IMG/VR virus record: IMGVR_UViG_3300027976_000006
Coordinates: 32,001 to 96,000 of that record
DNA: 64,000 bases
Reading direction: 5' to 3' (one strand)
DNA from: a virus
The translations under genes were made by a program, and so were the position numbers. Numbering within the stretch: position 1 is the stretch's first letter; the number at the start of each line of letters is the position of its first letter. Below are positions 17,752 through 28,332 of the stretch, piece after piece. The notes beneath the pieces were generated by a model. That model was not told where the DNA came from. It made no database searches and saw only the letters and a list, made by a program, of their open reading frames with translations.

Positions 17752-20700
17752 ATGGTACATCGCAAGATAAAGATAAAAGGAAATACAATTGCTTCCGTTA
17801 CTTCAATTTCCTCCGTGGCTGTCGAGAAAGTACACAAACAGCGGTTATACGCGGTGCAAAAAAATGGAGCAATATACCCTTTAGACGCCCCTGGGTTACC
17901 TGCGTTACCGCCTAATTCTGCATTTCTTCGTCATGCTTTAGCATTAGGCGACATAGAGTCTAAACTGGTAGAAGAAACAAAAGAAAACGCAGAGGGTAAA
18001 AAAATCAAAGAACGCCGGTTAATCTACGGCGATGAGTTAATGCAACTGGTTCAGTCGGCGCTACGAATTACGCCTTTCACTCTAGGTGTCGAGATCGGAC
18101 CTCACTATTACAAAGAAGCAGAGTTTGTCCTTGGTCATTTGCAGGGGGCAGCCACTGCAACTGGACCAGTGCCCGCCGACGTAATGATTATCGGGCGTAA
18201 TCCTTGGGTAGAAGAAGTCAAAGCGGCAAGGTGTATGGAGGGGGCAGACGGCCAACTGCTAATCGAAACATTTCGTAAATTAAAAGCACTCGATTTAGCT
18301 AAATTCTATTTAACAAATTTAGTTAAATTTAGACCTCCAGATTGGAAGGTTAATTTAAAAGCGGTGTGGATAAAAGATTGTATGCATTTGCTGTATCAAG
18401 AAATAAAGATCGTACAGCCTAAATACATTCTTTGTTTAGGGGCAGACGTCAGTAAAGCTTTGCTTGGGGGTAAAGCGGGTGTAACCGAAATGGAAGGTAG
18501 GATAGAAAAGATAAAGTACAATACTGCGTTCATAGGTAGAGACCAAGAACAGTGTTGGAAAGAAGCACAAGTTATGACTGTAGTACATCCACGCCAAGTT
18601 ATTCGAGACCAGTCGGCAGGAAGGCAGCTGGAGAATGGAATAGCCCGATTCGTGGCTTTAACAAAAGGAGTTGTAACCGGTTCTTCTGAAACAATAGATC
18701 ACAGGGTAGTCGATAACCACTGGGATCTGTTGCAGCAGCTTATCAGCGTCGAGTACGACACAGACAAAAGAGATAATGTAATTGCAGTTGATGCAGAATG
18801 GCACGGTAAGCACCCAATTAATAAAAATGCTTATATGCGAACGATGCAGCTATCTTGGTGTGAAAAGAAAGCACTTGGCATTAAGTTTCACGAGGCGGGC
18901 GGGGAAATGGCAGTTGGCTTCGCTTCAGGTATGCCTAGGCAGCTACTCCAAAAAACGCTAAAACTTTTAAATGTTTTCTTTCTTGGTGGTGTCTTTAAAT
19001 ACAAAGATGCAGAAGAAGTTAAAGAAATTAAGTTTAGGCGCAAACGGGTTATTGGTCATTTCTTTAACGCAGATTTGGAGTGGTTGTTAGATTACGGTAT
19101 TAACATCCAAGATTGTTTTTCTTGCCGGTTGTATGACTACGAGATGAAACCAGAAAATGTCGATAAGAAGTTGTTCAAGGCGTACCAAAGCGAAGGGTTT
19201 AAAGCGGAAGAAATTGTGCCGGCGTGGTATCGTACTAAGTTTGAAGGAGGGGCAGACACAGGGTTAATGGCCCACGCTATTGAAGAAACAGCCAGTTATA
19301 AACTGGAAACTTTGGCGATGCGCTACACGGCAGCTCCAAGATACGATCGGGAGCTGCAGCGGTGGAAAGTATCTTACTGTAAGATTCAAGGGATAACGAA
19401 TTCCGATTTAGAGGGGTATGGCGAATGCCCTGACGATATCTTGTTGCCTTATGGTATGTACGATGCCGATGTTACCTTGCGCCTTTTTTACAGATTGTCA
19501 GTATTATTGGACGAGGATTACGAGGGCAATAACTGTCGGGAAGCTTTTTGGGAGTCTCAAATTGCAACTCCTGCTGTGCTGGAAATACATCGTAATGGTA
19601 TTACCGTAGACAAAGAACGAATTGATTTTTTAACTAAAAGTTTTATGCAGGCTAAAGCTGCGCTAGAAATTAACTTGCGTGAAAAAATTCGCTGGCCTAC
19701 CTTCAATCTCAGGTCTACGCAGCATGTTCGAGAATTACTTTACGGGCACGCACTCAATGGGCATAAAGATAAAAAAACCGGAGAAATGCTTAGGCTACGC
19801 CCGCCCGATGCCGTCAGTTTAAATCTTGAACCATTATTTGACACAGGCAAACCACCTAAAGCATGGGGTGAGATTAAAAGGGGAGGAAGAATGAATGAAC
19901 ATTCCCCCTCTACTAACAAATTAATTTTATCTTTGCTGGCCCAGTCGGCGGCTACAGAGACTAAAGCTAAATTAATAAATCAATTAAGAGACTATCGTTT
20001 TTTAGACCAAGTGCTTAAAACGGTACTTCATCCGCCTGACGAGGATGGTCCCACCGGTGAATCAATCTACAACGAGGAGGGTAATTTAGAATATTCTGAC
20101 GGGCTTGCTTCTCTTTGCTGTGACGATGGCAAAGTGCGTACTCATGTTTACCAAACCAAGGAAACCGGAAGGTGGTCCAGTGCTCGCCCCAACTTGCAAA
20201 ATATCAGCAAACAGCGAGACCCGGACTACAAGAGATTGCTTGGGGAGGAAAACTATAAATACAGTTTGCGCAGTATTTTAAAAGCTTCACCTGGTCATGT
20301 GCTTGTGGAAGCGGATTATGTTGGGGCGGAACTATTTGGCATGGCGGTGATGGCTGGTGACGAGAATATGATTAAGCATGCGTTAAGAAACCAGCTACCT
20401 GAGTCCCACCCGGAATACTACGATATACACAGCAATGTGGCATGCTATGCGTTTAAACTAGCTTGTCCTCCAACAAAAAGTGGGTTAGCTGCTATAGGTA
20501 AAAAAAATCTTAGAATGGTGGCCAAATCTGTGATTTTTGGGATCGCGTACGGTAGGGGAGCTAATGCGATTGCGATAGCGGCAAAAGAGCAGGGCATTGA
20601 TATTAGCTTAGAGGAAGCCCGCAAACTTATTGATGCAATTTTTACCATGTATCCAAGGCTTCATCCATTTTTTTATGAATGTGTTGCGCGTGCTACTGGG

Positions 20701-21231
20701 GAATACATTGACCCAGTAACTGGCAGCAAAGTTGCAGCCCGCTATTTGTGTAATTGTTATGGTAGATTTCGGCGCTTCCCGGCTTCAAATAACGATACAG
20801 CATTAGCTGCGGAATTTGGAAGGCAGGCTATGAATTATCCAATTCAATCAATGATTGCCTCTGCAGTTAGCCGTGCGTTGGCCCATATTCACACCTATAA
20901 AGCGAAGCAGCTGTGTGCTGGTGTGGACATGTTTAAAATTCTGCTGCAGATTCACGATGCTGTACTTCTTGAAGTTCCTTACCGGTATGTTAAGCATGTA
21001 TGTGAATGGGTGCTACCGAAGTTTATGCGTGATGCGGTTCCTATCTATCCTTCTAGTTTAGATGGCGTGCCAACTGGTGCTGGTCCGTATTATCTAGGCA
21101 TCGAAGTGGAGGTGATGAAACACTGGGGGGAAGGGCTAAAAGAAAGTGAAGCGCTTGAGTTAGATCTTCCCACCGGGATAGGCGGAGTGGAAAGCTGTGT
21201 TGTAAATTACAGCAAGGCTAATAAAATATAA
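17752..21231 (+). CDS. polA: Family A DNA polymerase with N-terminal UDG-like domain and 3'-5' exonuclease
   Basis: UDG-like YLTNLVKFRPP/PKYILCLG/HP; exo VDAE and YGMYDAD; TGRWSS, PNLQN, ADY, AKSVIFGIAYG, NYPIQS, QIHDA. Confidence 0.93.
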   Translation: MVHRKIKIKGNTIASVTSISSVAVEKVHKQRLYAVQKNGAIYPLDAPGLPALPPNSAFLRHALALGDIESKLVEETKENAEGKKIKERRLIYGDELMQLVQSALRITPFTLGVEIGPHYYKEAEFVLGHLQGAATATGPVPADVMIIGRNPWVEEVKAARCMEGADGQLLIETFRKLKALDLAKFYLTNLVKFRPPDWKVNLKAVWIKDCMHLLYQEIKIVQPKYILCLGADVSKALLGGKAGVTEMEGRIEKIKYNTAFIGRDQEQCWKEAQVMTVVHPRQVIRDQSAGRQLENGIARFVALTKGVVTGSSETIDHRVVDNHWDLLQQLISVEYDTDKRDNVIAVDAEWHGKHPINKNAYMRTMQLSWCEKKALGIKFHEAGGEMAVGFASGMPRQLLQKTLKLLNVFFLGGVFKYKDAEEVKEIKFRRKRVIGHFFNADLEWLLDYGINIQDCFSCRLYDYEMKPENVDKKLFKAYQSEGFKAEEIVPAWYRTKFEGGADTGLMAHAIEETASYKLETLAMRYTAAPRYDRELQRWKVSYCKIQGITNSDLEGYGECPDDILLPYGMYDADVTLRLFYRLSVLLDEDYEGNNCREAFWESQIATPAVLEIHRNGITVDKERIDFLTKSFMQAKAALEINLREKIRWPTFNLRSTQHVRELLYGHALNGHKDKKTGEMLRLRPPDAVSLNLEPLFDTGKPPKAWGEIKRGGRMNEHSPSTNKLILSLLAQSAATETKAKLINQLRDYRFLDQVLKTVLHPPDEDGPTGESIYNEEGNLEYSDGLASLCCDDGKVRTHVYQTKETGRWSSARPNLQNISKQRDPDYKRLLGEENYKYSLRSILKASPGHVLVEADYVGAELFGMAVMAGDENMIKHALRNQLPESHPEYYDIHSNVACYAFKLACPPTKSGLAAIGKKNLRMVAKSVIFGIAYGRGANAIAIAAKEQGIDISLEEARKLIDAIFTMYPRLHPFFYECVARATGEYIDPVTGSKVAARYLCNCYGRFRRFPASNNDTALAAEFGRQAMNYPIQSMIASAVSRALAHIHTYKAKQLCAGVDMFKILLQIHDAVLLEVPYRYVKHVCEWVLPKFMRDAVPIYPSSLDGVPTGAGPYYLGIEVEVMKHWGEGLKESEALELDLPTGIGGVESCVVNYSKANKI

Positions 21232-21241
21232 AGAGCAAGGT

Positions 21242-21460
21242 AATGTTTGTAGGTAGCACCGGGGTGGGTTGCAATTAGGTTTACGCGGCTAACCCAGCTT
21301 AGCCACGGTATTAAAAGCGATGAGGCGGGCATAGCCGCTCGTTATACCCTATCAGTACTGTGCTATTCTGTCGCAAAGGCAGAGAAAGGAGAACGCAGTG
21401 AGACCTCAAAACATTTTGTTAGACTAGGGTATGCCTTATGGAGAATGCCAGTGCCTAACA
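21242..21460 (+). ncRNA. Candidate multi-stem structured RNA
   Basis: Nested stems AATGTTT/AAACATT, TAGCAC/GTGCTA, GGCTAA/TTAGCC, GGTAT/ATACC, TCTGTC/GGCAGA, TGTTAG/CTAACA. Confidence 0.5.
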
Positions 21461-21732
21461 TAATATTTTTTTAACATTCCGATATTTTTTGCAATTAAAA
21501 ATATTGCACAAAAAAATATTCATGGGTACACTACTAAACCTAAAGATCTTCATGAAGAAGATGAAGTTTATCTTGAAAAAGTCAGATCTTTCTACTTAGC
21601 GGATTTAATGGATTATCATCCGATAACTGGTTTTGAGCTGCTTGATTGTGTGGTTTGTTTTCAACTTTTGTCGATTGCGGTAATCGACAATGAAATACAA
21701 ACACATGTTGTTTTTTTGAAAGGTAATTATCA

Positions 21733-23538
21733 ATGCGTAAGCAAAGAAGTTTAGTTCCTCGGACTATGGCATCGATCACTCGTCAGATGGATCCGACAAA
21801 AGACGACGTCGGTAGGCGGGGTATCCCAGCCGGGAACATCTGTATTAACTCAAATCTAACTAATGTCAGACTTGAAGGTTTACGGTCCTATACTGGGGGC
21901 AGAACAGTGTTGCGGGTATGGCCGATGTTGGATCCTGAAGACCCAAGTAACAAGCTGCTAAACGGGAGAATATCTCCATATGATATGTCGGGTCTTGGCG
22001 GTATGTCAATTTCGGAACCGGCGTATTGTGCGTCATACGCAGGTATAAAGAAGGACACTCTTCACTTTGGAGGTTCTGGGGATTTTGTTCCATGTAGCTA
22101 CATCATAGCTAGAAATAAAAACTCAGTATGTGAGGGTGTTACATTTTGGGATGAGCCGTATGTAAAACTGTACATGACAGTTAAAAAAGCGTTCGAGGGA
22201 AAAGATTTTGGATATGGTGGTATTTATGACCCGCGCTGGAATAGTCTGATGAGCACAAAAATGCCAGCGCTTGGGGCATTTAGACAACAATATTTTGTTG
22301 TTGCTAGTGTTTACGAGAACGGCCAAAACCTTGATCTTGTCCGCGAGCATATTGCGTATAAGCAGCAAGGGAAAGATATCACGAAAGACATACCTAGAAA
22401 CGGTGTGCCGTTGGGGGAGGACGAGAAAGATTCTTTGGTAGTCGTGCCATTGTCCGTGTCCGCCGGTAGGAATATGCTAAAGTTATGCTGCATTGAAAAA
22501 GCGGATTGGACTGGGGATGAAAATGCAAACCCCTCCATTATGTACAAGTATGGTGATCCTACTGGAATCTATGATGCAAAAACTAACACCGTTAAAGGTG
22601 GATTGTTTTTCACTATTTATAACCCAACTAAGGAAACAATAGATAAACACACCTCCTATTCCGGTGGGGGCAGCAAGGCTGCGGTTGAGTACGAAGTAGC
22701 TGTCAGCACTAAATACGTAGGGCCGAATGGAACAATTCTTACTGATCTAAACAGTCAACAAGTTGACAATGTTTTAAGTAAGAATGTGTTCTTGTGGAAA
22801 GAGAACGCAAGTGATCCTTCTGACTCCTATTTGCTGCATGAGCCAACGATGGAGGAAAGGTGCGTGTTGATTGCAAGGGCATTTCGCCAAGTACCAAAAC
22901 TTCTTGAGTTTGGCTGGATGAGCCACCCGGAGTATCTAAATTACGAAGCAGTAGCTACCATACTTAACCGCAAAGTAACCTCGGTGGTTACCCCTGTGGA
23001 AGAGGAAGACAGCGAGGATGAAATGTCGTCAAAACCACAGGCTCCTGTGGCTAAGACAAAAGTGATTGCAGCTAAGGCGGGTGTTTCCAACAGCCCCAAC
23101 CGAAGTAAATCACTTAGTGACAAAAAGACTTCGGCTGAACTCGCAGATGAATTCGACGCTGAATTCGACGAGGAAAAGTTGGAAAACAAGGAGACGGACG
23201 ATGAATTTGATGAAACCCCTGCCGAGAATGTCAAAGTCGGCAAAAGCAAGCTCAAAAGCAAAGACGACTTCGATGACGAAGAAATCGACGAAGACGAGCT
23301 TGAAGACACCAAAGAAGACGAGTCCGAAGAAGACGAGTCCGAAGACGAGTCCGAAGAAGACGAGTCCGAAGAAGACGAGTCCAAAGATTTCAAAGCCGAC
23401 GAAGCGCTAACGAGCCAGCTGAATAACAGTTTGGCACGTGCAAAAGCGGTGGCACGAAGCCGTAAACGAAGTTCGCCTGAAGAAGAAATGAATGAAATTC
23501 ATATCCCTTCGCCGGCTAAGAAAAAGCGTTCTCGTTAA
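21733..23538 (+). CDS. Probable ssDNA-binding protein with long acidic tail
   Basis: Position between PolA and RecA; TVLRVWP motif; D/E-rich C-terminal region. Confidence 0.5.
   Translation: MRKQRSLVPRTMASITRQMDPTKDDVGRRGIPAGNICINSNLTNVRLEGLRSYTGGRTVLRVWPMLDPEDPSNKLLNGRISPYDMSGLGGMSISEPAYCASYAGIKKDTLHFGGSGDFVPCSYIIARNKNSVCEGVTFWDEPYVKLYMTVKKAFEGKDFGYGGIYDPRWNSLMSTKMPALGAFRQQYFVVASVYENGQNLDLVREHIAYKQQGKDITKDIPRNGVPLGEDEKDSLVVVPLSVSAGRNMLKLCCIEKADWTGDENANPSIMYKYGDPTGIYDAKTNTVKGGLFFTIYNPTKETIDKHTSYSGGGSKAAVEYEVAVSTKYVGPNGTILTDLNSQQVDNVLSKNVFLWKENASDPSDSYLLHEPTMEERCVLIARAFRQVPKLLEFGWMSHPEYLNYEAVATILNRKVTSVVTPVEEEDSEDEMSSKPQAPVAKTKVIAAKAGVSNSPNRSKSLSDKKTSAELADEFDAEFDEEKLENKETDDEFDETPAENVKVGKSKLKSKDDFDDEEIDEDELEDTKEDESEEDESEDESEEDESEEDESKDFKADEALTSQLNNSLARAKAVARSRKRSSPEEEMNEIHIPSPAKKKRSR
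23314..23382 (+). repeat. Coding tandem repeat (EEDES)n
   Basis: GAAGAAGACGAGTCC-type units. Confidence 0.9.
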
Positions 23539-23610
23539 TTGGCAACAATGTTAATTTAATTAAGAGTGGAGGTAATATTCCACTCTTATGTTTTAAAGGA
23601 AGGAATAATT

Positions 23611-25023
23611 ATGCTAGACGATACGGACGACTTGGCTGAATCAATTCTAAATCCACCCGAAAAAGCTAAAAAAAATTTAAAAAACGAGGCAAAAGAAAAA
23701 CCGGTTGAAACTACAGAACCTAAGAAAAAAACCGCAAGCCTATCCGGAGGAGTTAAGCTAACTAACAAGACTAAAAGTAGTGTACGCTCTCGTTGGTCAG
23801 AGGAAAATAGCGGGGAAAGCCGTGACTCTATGATGATCAAGTTACGATCAAATGCCAGAGATAAATTTGGAGCGGATCGAGTGTTCGTCACGCGAGAAGA
23901 CTTGGGTAAGCTTGCAATTGGTATTCCAACTCCTTCATTGGCGTTTGAATATTTAGTCGCAAATGATGTATTTCCTTTAGCTAGCGTCGTAATGCTTGCA
24001 GGCAGCTGGGGCAGCTGTAAGTCGGCGTTGTCCTATGAGTTTTTTCGGTGGTTTTACGAGCAGAAAGGAATGGCAATACACATTGACACAGAAGATAAAT
24101 TCGATGCCGATTTTGCATGCGATATTATGCGGGTAGGCCAGAATGTAGTGCCATTCATATCCAATCGGGCGAATTCCCTAGAAAACATGCAAAAAATTCT
24201 TACATTTCATTTGGGAGAAATGCAGTCGCTGCTCTTGGGTACGGCGGCTGACCCGGGCCCGGGTAAAACTAGACCAGTTTGTTTTTGTATTGACAGCCTT
24301 GCGGGTGCAACCTCGGAGGAAATTCAAGAAAAAATTATTAAAGAAGGTAGTGCGGGCCGAACTCATCCTGTTAATGCTTTAAAAAATACTATTTATTTAT
24401 CCGGCATTAAAAAGGAATTTGAAAATTGGCCCTTTACTTTATTGATCGTAAATCATCTAAAAGAAAAGTTAGACGACAGAGGTAACGCGCATCAGTACAC
24501 ATTAGGGGGTCAAAGTTATAACTTTCACGAAAGTTTAGAGTTGAGAAATTCGATCTGGAGAACAAAGTTTAAAAATCAACAATTTGAAGGATTAGGAGTT
24601 AAAATACAATGTGCTAAAAATTCATTTGGGCCCACGGGGCGTTCGCTTAAGACGAGGTTCCTGTGGTGGATTGAAGATGACCCTATAACAGGAAGTCCTC
24701 GCGATGTGTTTTTGTGGGATTGGAATTGGGCACTCTGCACTTTACTGAATGAAATGGATGGCATGCACAAAAATAGGTTGACCGACCGTGACTTAACCAT
24801 TAAATGCAAATCACCAGCAGCTGATGTCGAATGTCTGGCAAACTTTAGAGCGGTGGGGATGGGTAAAGATGAATATCTGCCTTTTCAGGAAGTCGGACAG
24901 CTTATCCAAGACAATCCTAAAGTGTGCGACAGCATTAGAGATGCCTTAAACATAAAACGGAGATATCGGCTCGATAAGCCATACGATACAATTGTCGAAG
25001 AGCACGTAAAGTCCTTGGAGTAA
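23611..25023 (+). CDS. RecA/UvsX-like recombinase
   Basis: AGSWGSCKS, IDTE, IDSLAG, IVNH, GG, KNSFG. Confidence 0.82.
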   Translation: MLDDTDDLAESILNPPEKAKKNLKNEAKEKPVETTEPKKKTASLSGGVKLTNKTKSSVRSRWSEENSGESRDSMMIKLRSNARDKFGADRVFVTREDLGKLAIGIPTPSLAFEYLVANDVFPLASVVMLAGSWGSCKSALSYEFFRWFYEQKGMAIHIDTEDKFDADFACDIMRVGQNVVPFISNRANSLENMQKILTFHLGEMQSLLLGTAADPGPGKTRPVCFCIDSLAGATSEEIQEKIIKEGSAGRTHPVNALKNTIYLSGIKKEFENWPFTLLIVNHLKEKLDDRGNAHQYTLGGQSYNFHESLELRNSIWRTKFKNQQFEGLGVKIQCAKNSFGPTGRSLKTRFLWWIEDDPITGSPRDVFLWDWNWALCTLLNEMDGMHKNRLTDRDLTIKCKSPAADVECLANFRAVGMGKDEYLPFQEVGQLIQDNPKVCDSIRDALNIKRRYRLDKPYDTIVEEHVKSLE

Positions 25024-25026
25024 CCT

Positions 25027-25590
25027 ATGGCCAAGAAAGTAAATCCATTGCACCCTTTGTTAAGCAAAATCGCCAAGTTTGAACAAGGCGATGTGCAGGG
25101 TAAACAATGGGAATCAAGTCGAGTCGAGTGGACGCTACGAAGGTTAAAGTTAGAACAAAAAAGAAAGGAAATTTTACAAAATGCGGTAGGTTCAAAATAT
25201 TCTTTTGAAGCCTTTAATCAGATAGCTAATTTTCCGATGTATCTGTTTGCGGAACCTCTAATAGGTGCTCCGCCAATTCATCGTGATCCTAAATCTATTC
25301 ACCCGTTTTGGTTTAAAGCTTTTCGCGGTCTACCCATTGTGGAGCGTTACGAAGAGCAACTCGAGGCTATGCTGGAGAAATATACAGATCGTCCAATCGG
25401 TATGGTTTTTCCTAGGAAAGGTTTTTTAGAGGGACTCTTAATTCACAACGGGAGCTGGGAAATGTTTGCCCCGTTTCAGGCCGGCACTCATGTGTTTAGA
25501 AGTAGCAGGGAAAAAGCGGCGACGCTGACTGTGCAACCGTACAGCGGGTTTGTCGATCACGTGCGAGATGTTCTTGCATGGTACGATTAG
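25027..25590 (+). CDS. Hypothetical protein
   Basis: 187 aa, GGAG RBS. Confidence 0.75.
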   Translation: MAKKVNPLHPLLSKIAKFEQGDVQGKQWESSRVEWTLRRLKLEQKRKEILQNAVGSKYSFEAFNQIANFPMYLFAEPLIGAPPIHRDPKSIHPFWFKAFRGLPIVERYEEQLEAMLEKYTDRPIGMVFPRKGFLEGLLIHNGSWEMFAPFQAGTHVFRSSREKAATLTVQPYSGFVDHVRDVLAWYD

Positions 25591-25592
25591 TT

Positions 25593-25610
25593 TTAAAATC
25601 TAGATTTTAA
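25593..25610. promoter_or_regulatory. 18-bp palindromic motif TTAAAATCTAGATTTTAA
   Basis: Perfect palindrome 10 nt upstream of ATG 25621; recurs elsewhere. Confidence 0.6.
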
Positions 25611-25620
25611 GGAAAATAAC

Positions 25621-26523
25621 ATGAATGAGCTAATTTCACTGTCAAATCAAAAAGAAAATAAAGAAGGTATTTTTCTTGCTATGGATAAAGTAACGCAAGC
25701 AATTGCGTTAGAGGGAGCAAAGAAAATGCAAACTGGATTTCAAGTTACGCTGTTAGTTCAATACGACCTTGGCACTATTATTAATGAACTGTTTAGCGTG
25801 GAGCATATAAATGAAGTACAAAGGAAGCAGGAAATAAAAAAGTTAGCAACTTATTGGAATTTATCCAATTTAAACATCATTTACGACCTGGTGAATGTGT
25901 CAACTTCTTTCACGCGTGACTTCATAAAGGCGCAGGTTGAGGAGCAGATGACGAATGGTAATTTTCTAAGCTGGAACCATTTTAAAGAATTGCAAAAAAT
26001 TGGCAGCGAGAAGAGACAATTACTTCTGCTCAAGCAGGTACGAAGACATTGCTGGTCGGCTAACGAACTTTCCTTGGAGATGCAAGGCAACAAGGAAGCC
26101 GAAATTAAGCGGGTGGGTGGACGAAAACCAAAATTGCCAAAGACACCAGTGGCGATGTTGCAAAAAATTTACACAACTGTACAGCAAACTGACAATTATC
26201 TAGAGGCGATGGCCGAACCTTTATCGGGCATGTTTTTAGAAATCGCTCCTAGTGATGTGTCAGAACAGTTCGTGTGTAACATTGAAAACACCATGGCTAG
26301 AATTACTAACGCACGAAATCAGCTTTCAAACACATTTGACGCGCTTTCGACTGTTTTAACTCGTTCAAAGGTGGTTTTGTCCCAGCAGGTTAAACCGGTT
26401 GGAACGGCGTCCGCCGCTAAAAAATCAGTTACTTTGCCTGATATGCCACAAGTGGCTGTATCGTCGCCTGCGGTTGTTTTACCTGCGACAAGAAGACAGT
26501 TAAAAAATCGGTCTGGCCTCTAA
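25621..26523 (+). CDS. Protein with YhcG/DUF1016 N-terminal-like segment
   Basis: LSWNHFKEL...R...WSANEL pattern. Confidence 0.45.
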   Translation: MNELISLSNQKENKEGIFLAMDKVTQAIALEGAKKMQTGFQVTLLVQYDLGTIINELFSVEHINEVQRKQEIKKLATYWNLSNLNIIYDLVNVSTSFTRDFIKAQVEEQMTNGNFLSWNHFKELQKIGSEKRQLLLLKQVRRHCWSANELSLEMQGNKEAEIKRVGGRKPKLPKTPVAMLQKIYTTVQQTDNYLEAMAEPLSGMFLEIAPSDVSEQFVCNIENTMARITNARNQLSNTFDALSTVLTRSKVVLSQQVKPVGTASAAKKSVTLPDMPQVAVSSPAVVLPATRRQLKNRSGL

Positions 26524-26538
26524 CTTGGTTTAACCCAG

Positions 26539-26572
26539 AAGCCCGCAGTTGTATTACTGCGGGCTTTTTTTT
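26539..26572 (+). terminator. Rho-independent terminator
   Basis: AAGCCCGCAGT-loop-ACTGCGGGCTT followed by T tract. Confidence 0.88.
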
Positions 26573-26596
26573 AACTATTACGCAAAGAGTTCATCT

Positions 26597-27421
26597 ATGT
26601 TTTCAATCTGTGCAATTTTTTATGGCGATTATTTGGCATTAGCCGAGAAGTTGTTAACATCTTTAAAGATTACGGCACATATTCAAGACGTTAGGCTTGG
26701 TTTAAACGCAGTTAGCCCGCAAGTTCGAAATTATGTGAATAGCTGGGCGTTGCAACAAATGTCGGCATACCCCGTGTATATTTACGAAGACGAGTGCAGC
26801 AATAATTTAGGTAAGTACCCGCTAATGCGCCAAATGTTTAAAGATAAAAAATTAGCAGCAAAGATCATGTGGTTTGACGATGACAGTTTTTTAGACGAAG
26901 TTTCTGTCGATTGGTGGGATACGGCTTTGATGCTTGGGCAACAATATACACAGGTTGGGGCATTGCACAGCATCGGACAAAAGCGGAAACAATATGAAGG
27001 CATCGCACAGCAATCTTGGTTTACAGGAAAACCAGTTAATGGGTACCATCGTTATAAGTTCGCCACGGGAGGCTGGTGGATTGCGGATACAGATTTTTTA
27101 ACTAAATGGGATTATCCTTTTGTCGTGCTACACCACAATGGGGGAGATTCTATACTGGGCGAATTGATAAGGCAGCAAGGAGGCAGTTTAGGGGAATTTT
27201 CTGCCGGTGTACAGTGTCATTGCGAAGGTTGTCTTAAAAATAAAATAAAGTTAAATTCAGTAGTTAGAATCAACGTGGGCGGTAGGAAGGGTAGGCGCGG
27301 GCTGGGTACCCTTGTCGAGCACTACCCTTGGGAAGATGGAAATGCAAATTCACCGATTAATTATCAAACATTTGGTCTAAAAATAGCCAGATATGTCAGC
27401 TGTAATAAGGAAAAAATATGA
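26597..27421 (+). CDS. GT-A fold glycosyltransferase-like protein
   Basis: WFDDDS, FATGGWW, GGD. Confidence 0.65.
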   Translation: MFSICAIFYGDYLALAEKLLTSLKITAHIQDVRLGLNAVSPQVRNYVNSWALQQMSAYPVYIYEDECSNNLGKYPLMRQMFKDKKLAAKIMWFDDDSFLDEVSVDWWDTALMLGQQYTQVGALHSIGQKRKQYEGIAQQSWFTGKPVNGYHRYKFATGGWWIADTDFLTKWDYPFVVLHHNGGDSILGELIRQQGGSLGEFSAGVQCHCEGCLKNKIKLNSVVRINVGGRKGRRGLGTLVEHYPWEDGNANSPINYQTFGLKIARYVSCNKEKI

Positions 27422-28332
27422 GCACGATGGAAAAGCATCCTCCGTTGCCGGGATTGTCAATTAAGCGGATTCTGGCACACAGAGATAAGTTAGTAAGTAA
27501 GTTAGTTTCGTTTGTAGGCGGAAAGCTAGAAGGCGCTCTATTCCATTCTTTTGTGGATAGTCTTCACGAGGCCTTGCCTGACGATATTCTTAAAACTACA
27601 GTACACAATAGCATTAAAAATTTGCTAACTGAAGAATTAACGCAAGCGCTACTGTTGGAAACTTGTTGGCGGATGGCTGGTAATATCCCTACTTTAATGA
27701 GACACCGTCCTGCCACTAGGTGGTTGTTTCAAAGTGATTTTGAATGGATACCTGCTAGCGTATCTGCTGTTTTTACTTTTAAACAGCATAAACAATTAGT
27801 AAATACATTTACTTTTCAAAGTTTAGCTGGAACTTTAGTTCCTAGAAAATTAATGCAAACATGGTCTTTAAAAAAAACACATTATCTGGCAACTTATCGA
27901 AACGAAAAAGGTCTTGGATTTGGGTTTTGTCGTTCACACATAAACTCAAGAGGAGAACAGCGCAATAAAAATTTATTTTCGAATGTGCAGCAGTTTTATG
28001 GGTTGCAATGTTTTTTACTGATTGACCCAGAACGATCGCAGCAGGATCCTTTTATAGTAGAAATTGGGCATAGCTATGCTACAGTGTTACATAATCGGAA
28101 GTTGATCGCATCCAGAGATAGGCAACAGACACCTTGTTTGAAAGGATTTCCTGAAACACATGAATGTTTTTGTTGCCCTTATGGCGTGGATAGGTGTGAG
28201 CTAGCCACGCATAATTTGACTTATATTAAAAGCAAATGTAAATGTTGTGAAAAGTTAAGTTTCTTAAATACAGAAGAAACGGATTATCTTGGATTTTGCA
28301 CGGTGTGTGCTACCACTAAAAGGATGTTATGA
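27418..28332 (+). CDS. Hypothetical protein with Cys-rich C-terminus
   Basis: Several CxxC pairs. Confidence 0.75.
   Translation: MSTMEKHPPLPGLSIKRILAHRDKLVSKLVSFVGGKLEGALFHSFVDSLHEALPDDILKTTVHNSIKNLLTEELTQALLLETCWRMAGNIPTLMRHRPATRWLFQSDFEWIPASVSAVFTFKQHKQLVNTFTFQSLAGTLVPRKLMQTWSLKKTHYLATYRNEKGLGFGFCRSHINSRGEQRNKNLFSNVQQFYGLQCFLLIDPERSQQDPFIVEIGHSYATVLHNRKLIASRDRQQTPCLKGFPETHECFCCPYGVDRCELATHNLTYIKSKCKCCEKLSFLNTEETDYLGFCTVCATTKRML

Noticed and set aside
22941-23410. Ser-rich antisense ORF and (KKTSP)n alternate-frame ORF
   Set aside because: Shadows of the acidic EEDES repeat in the 21733 gene
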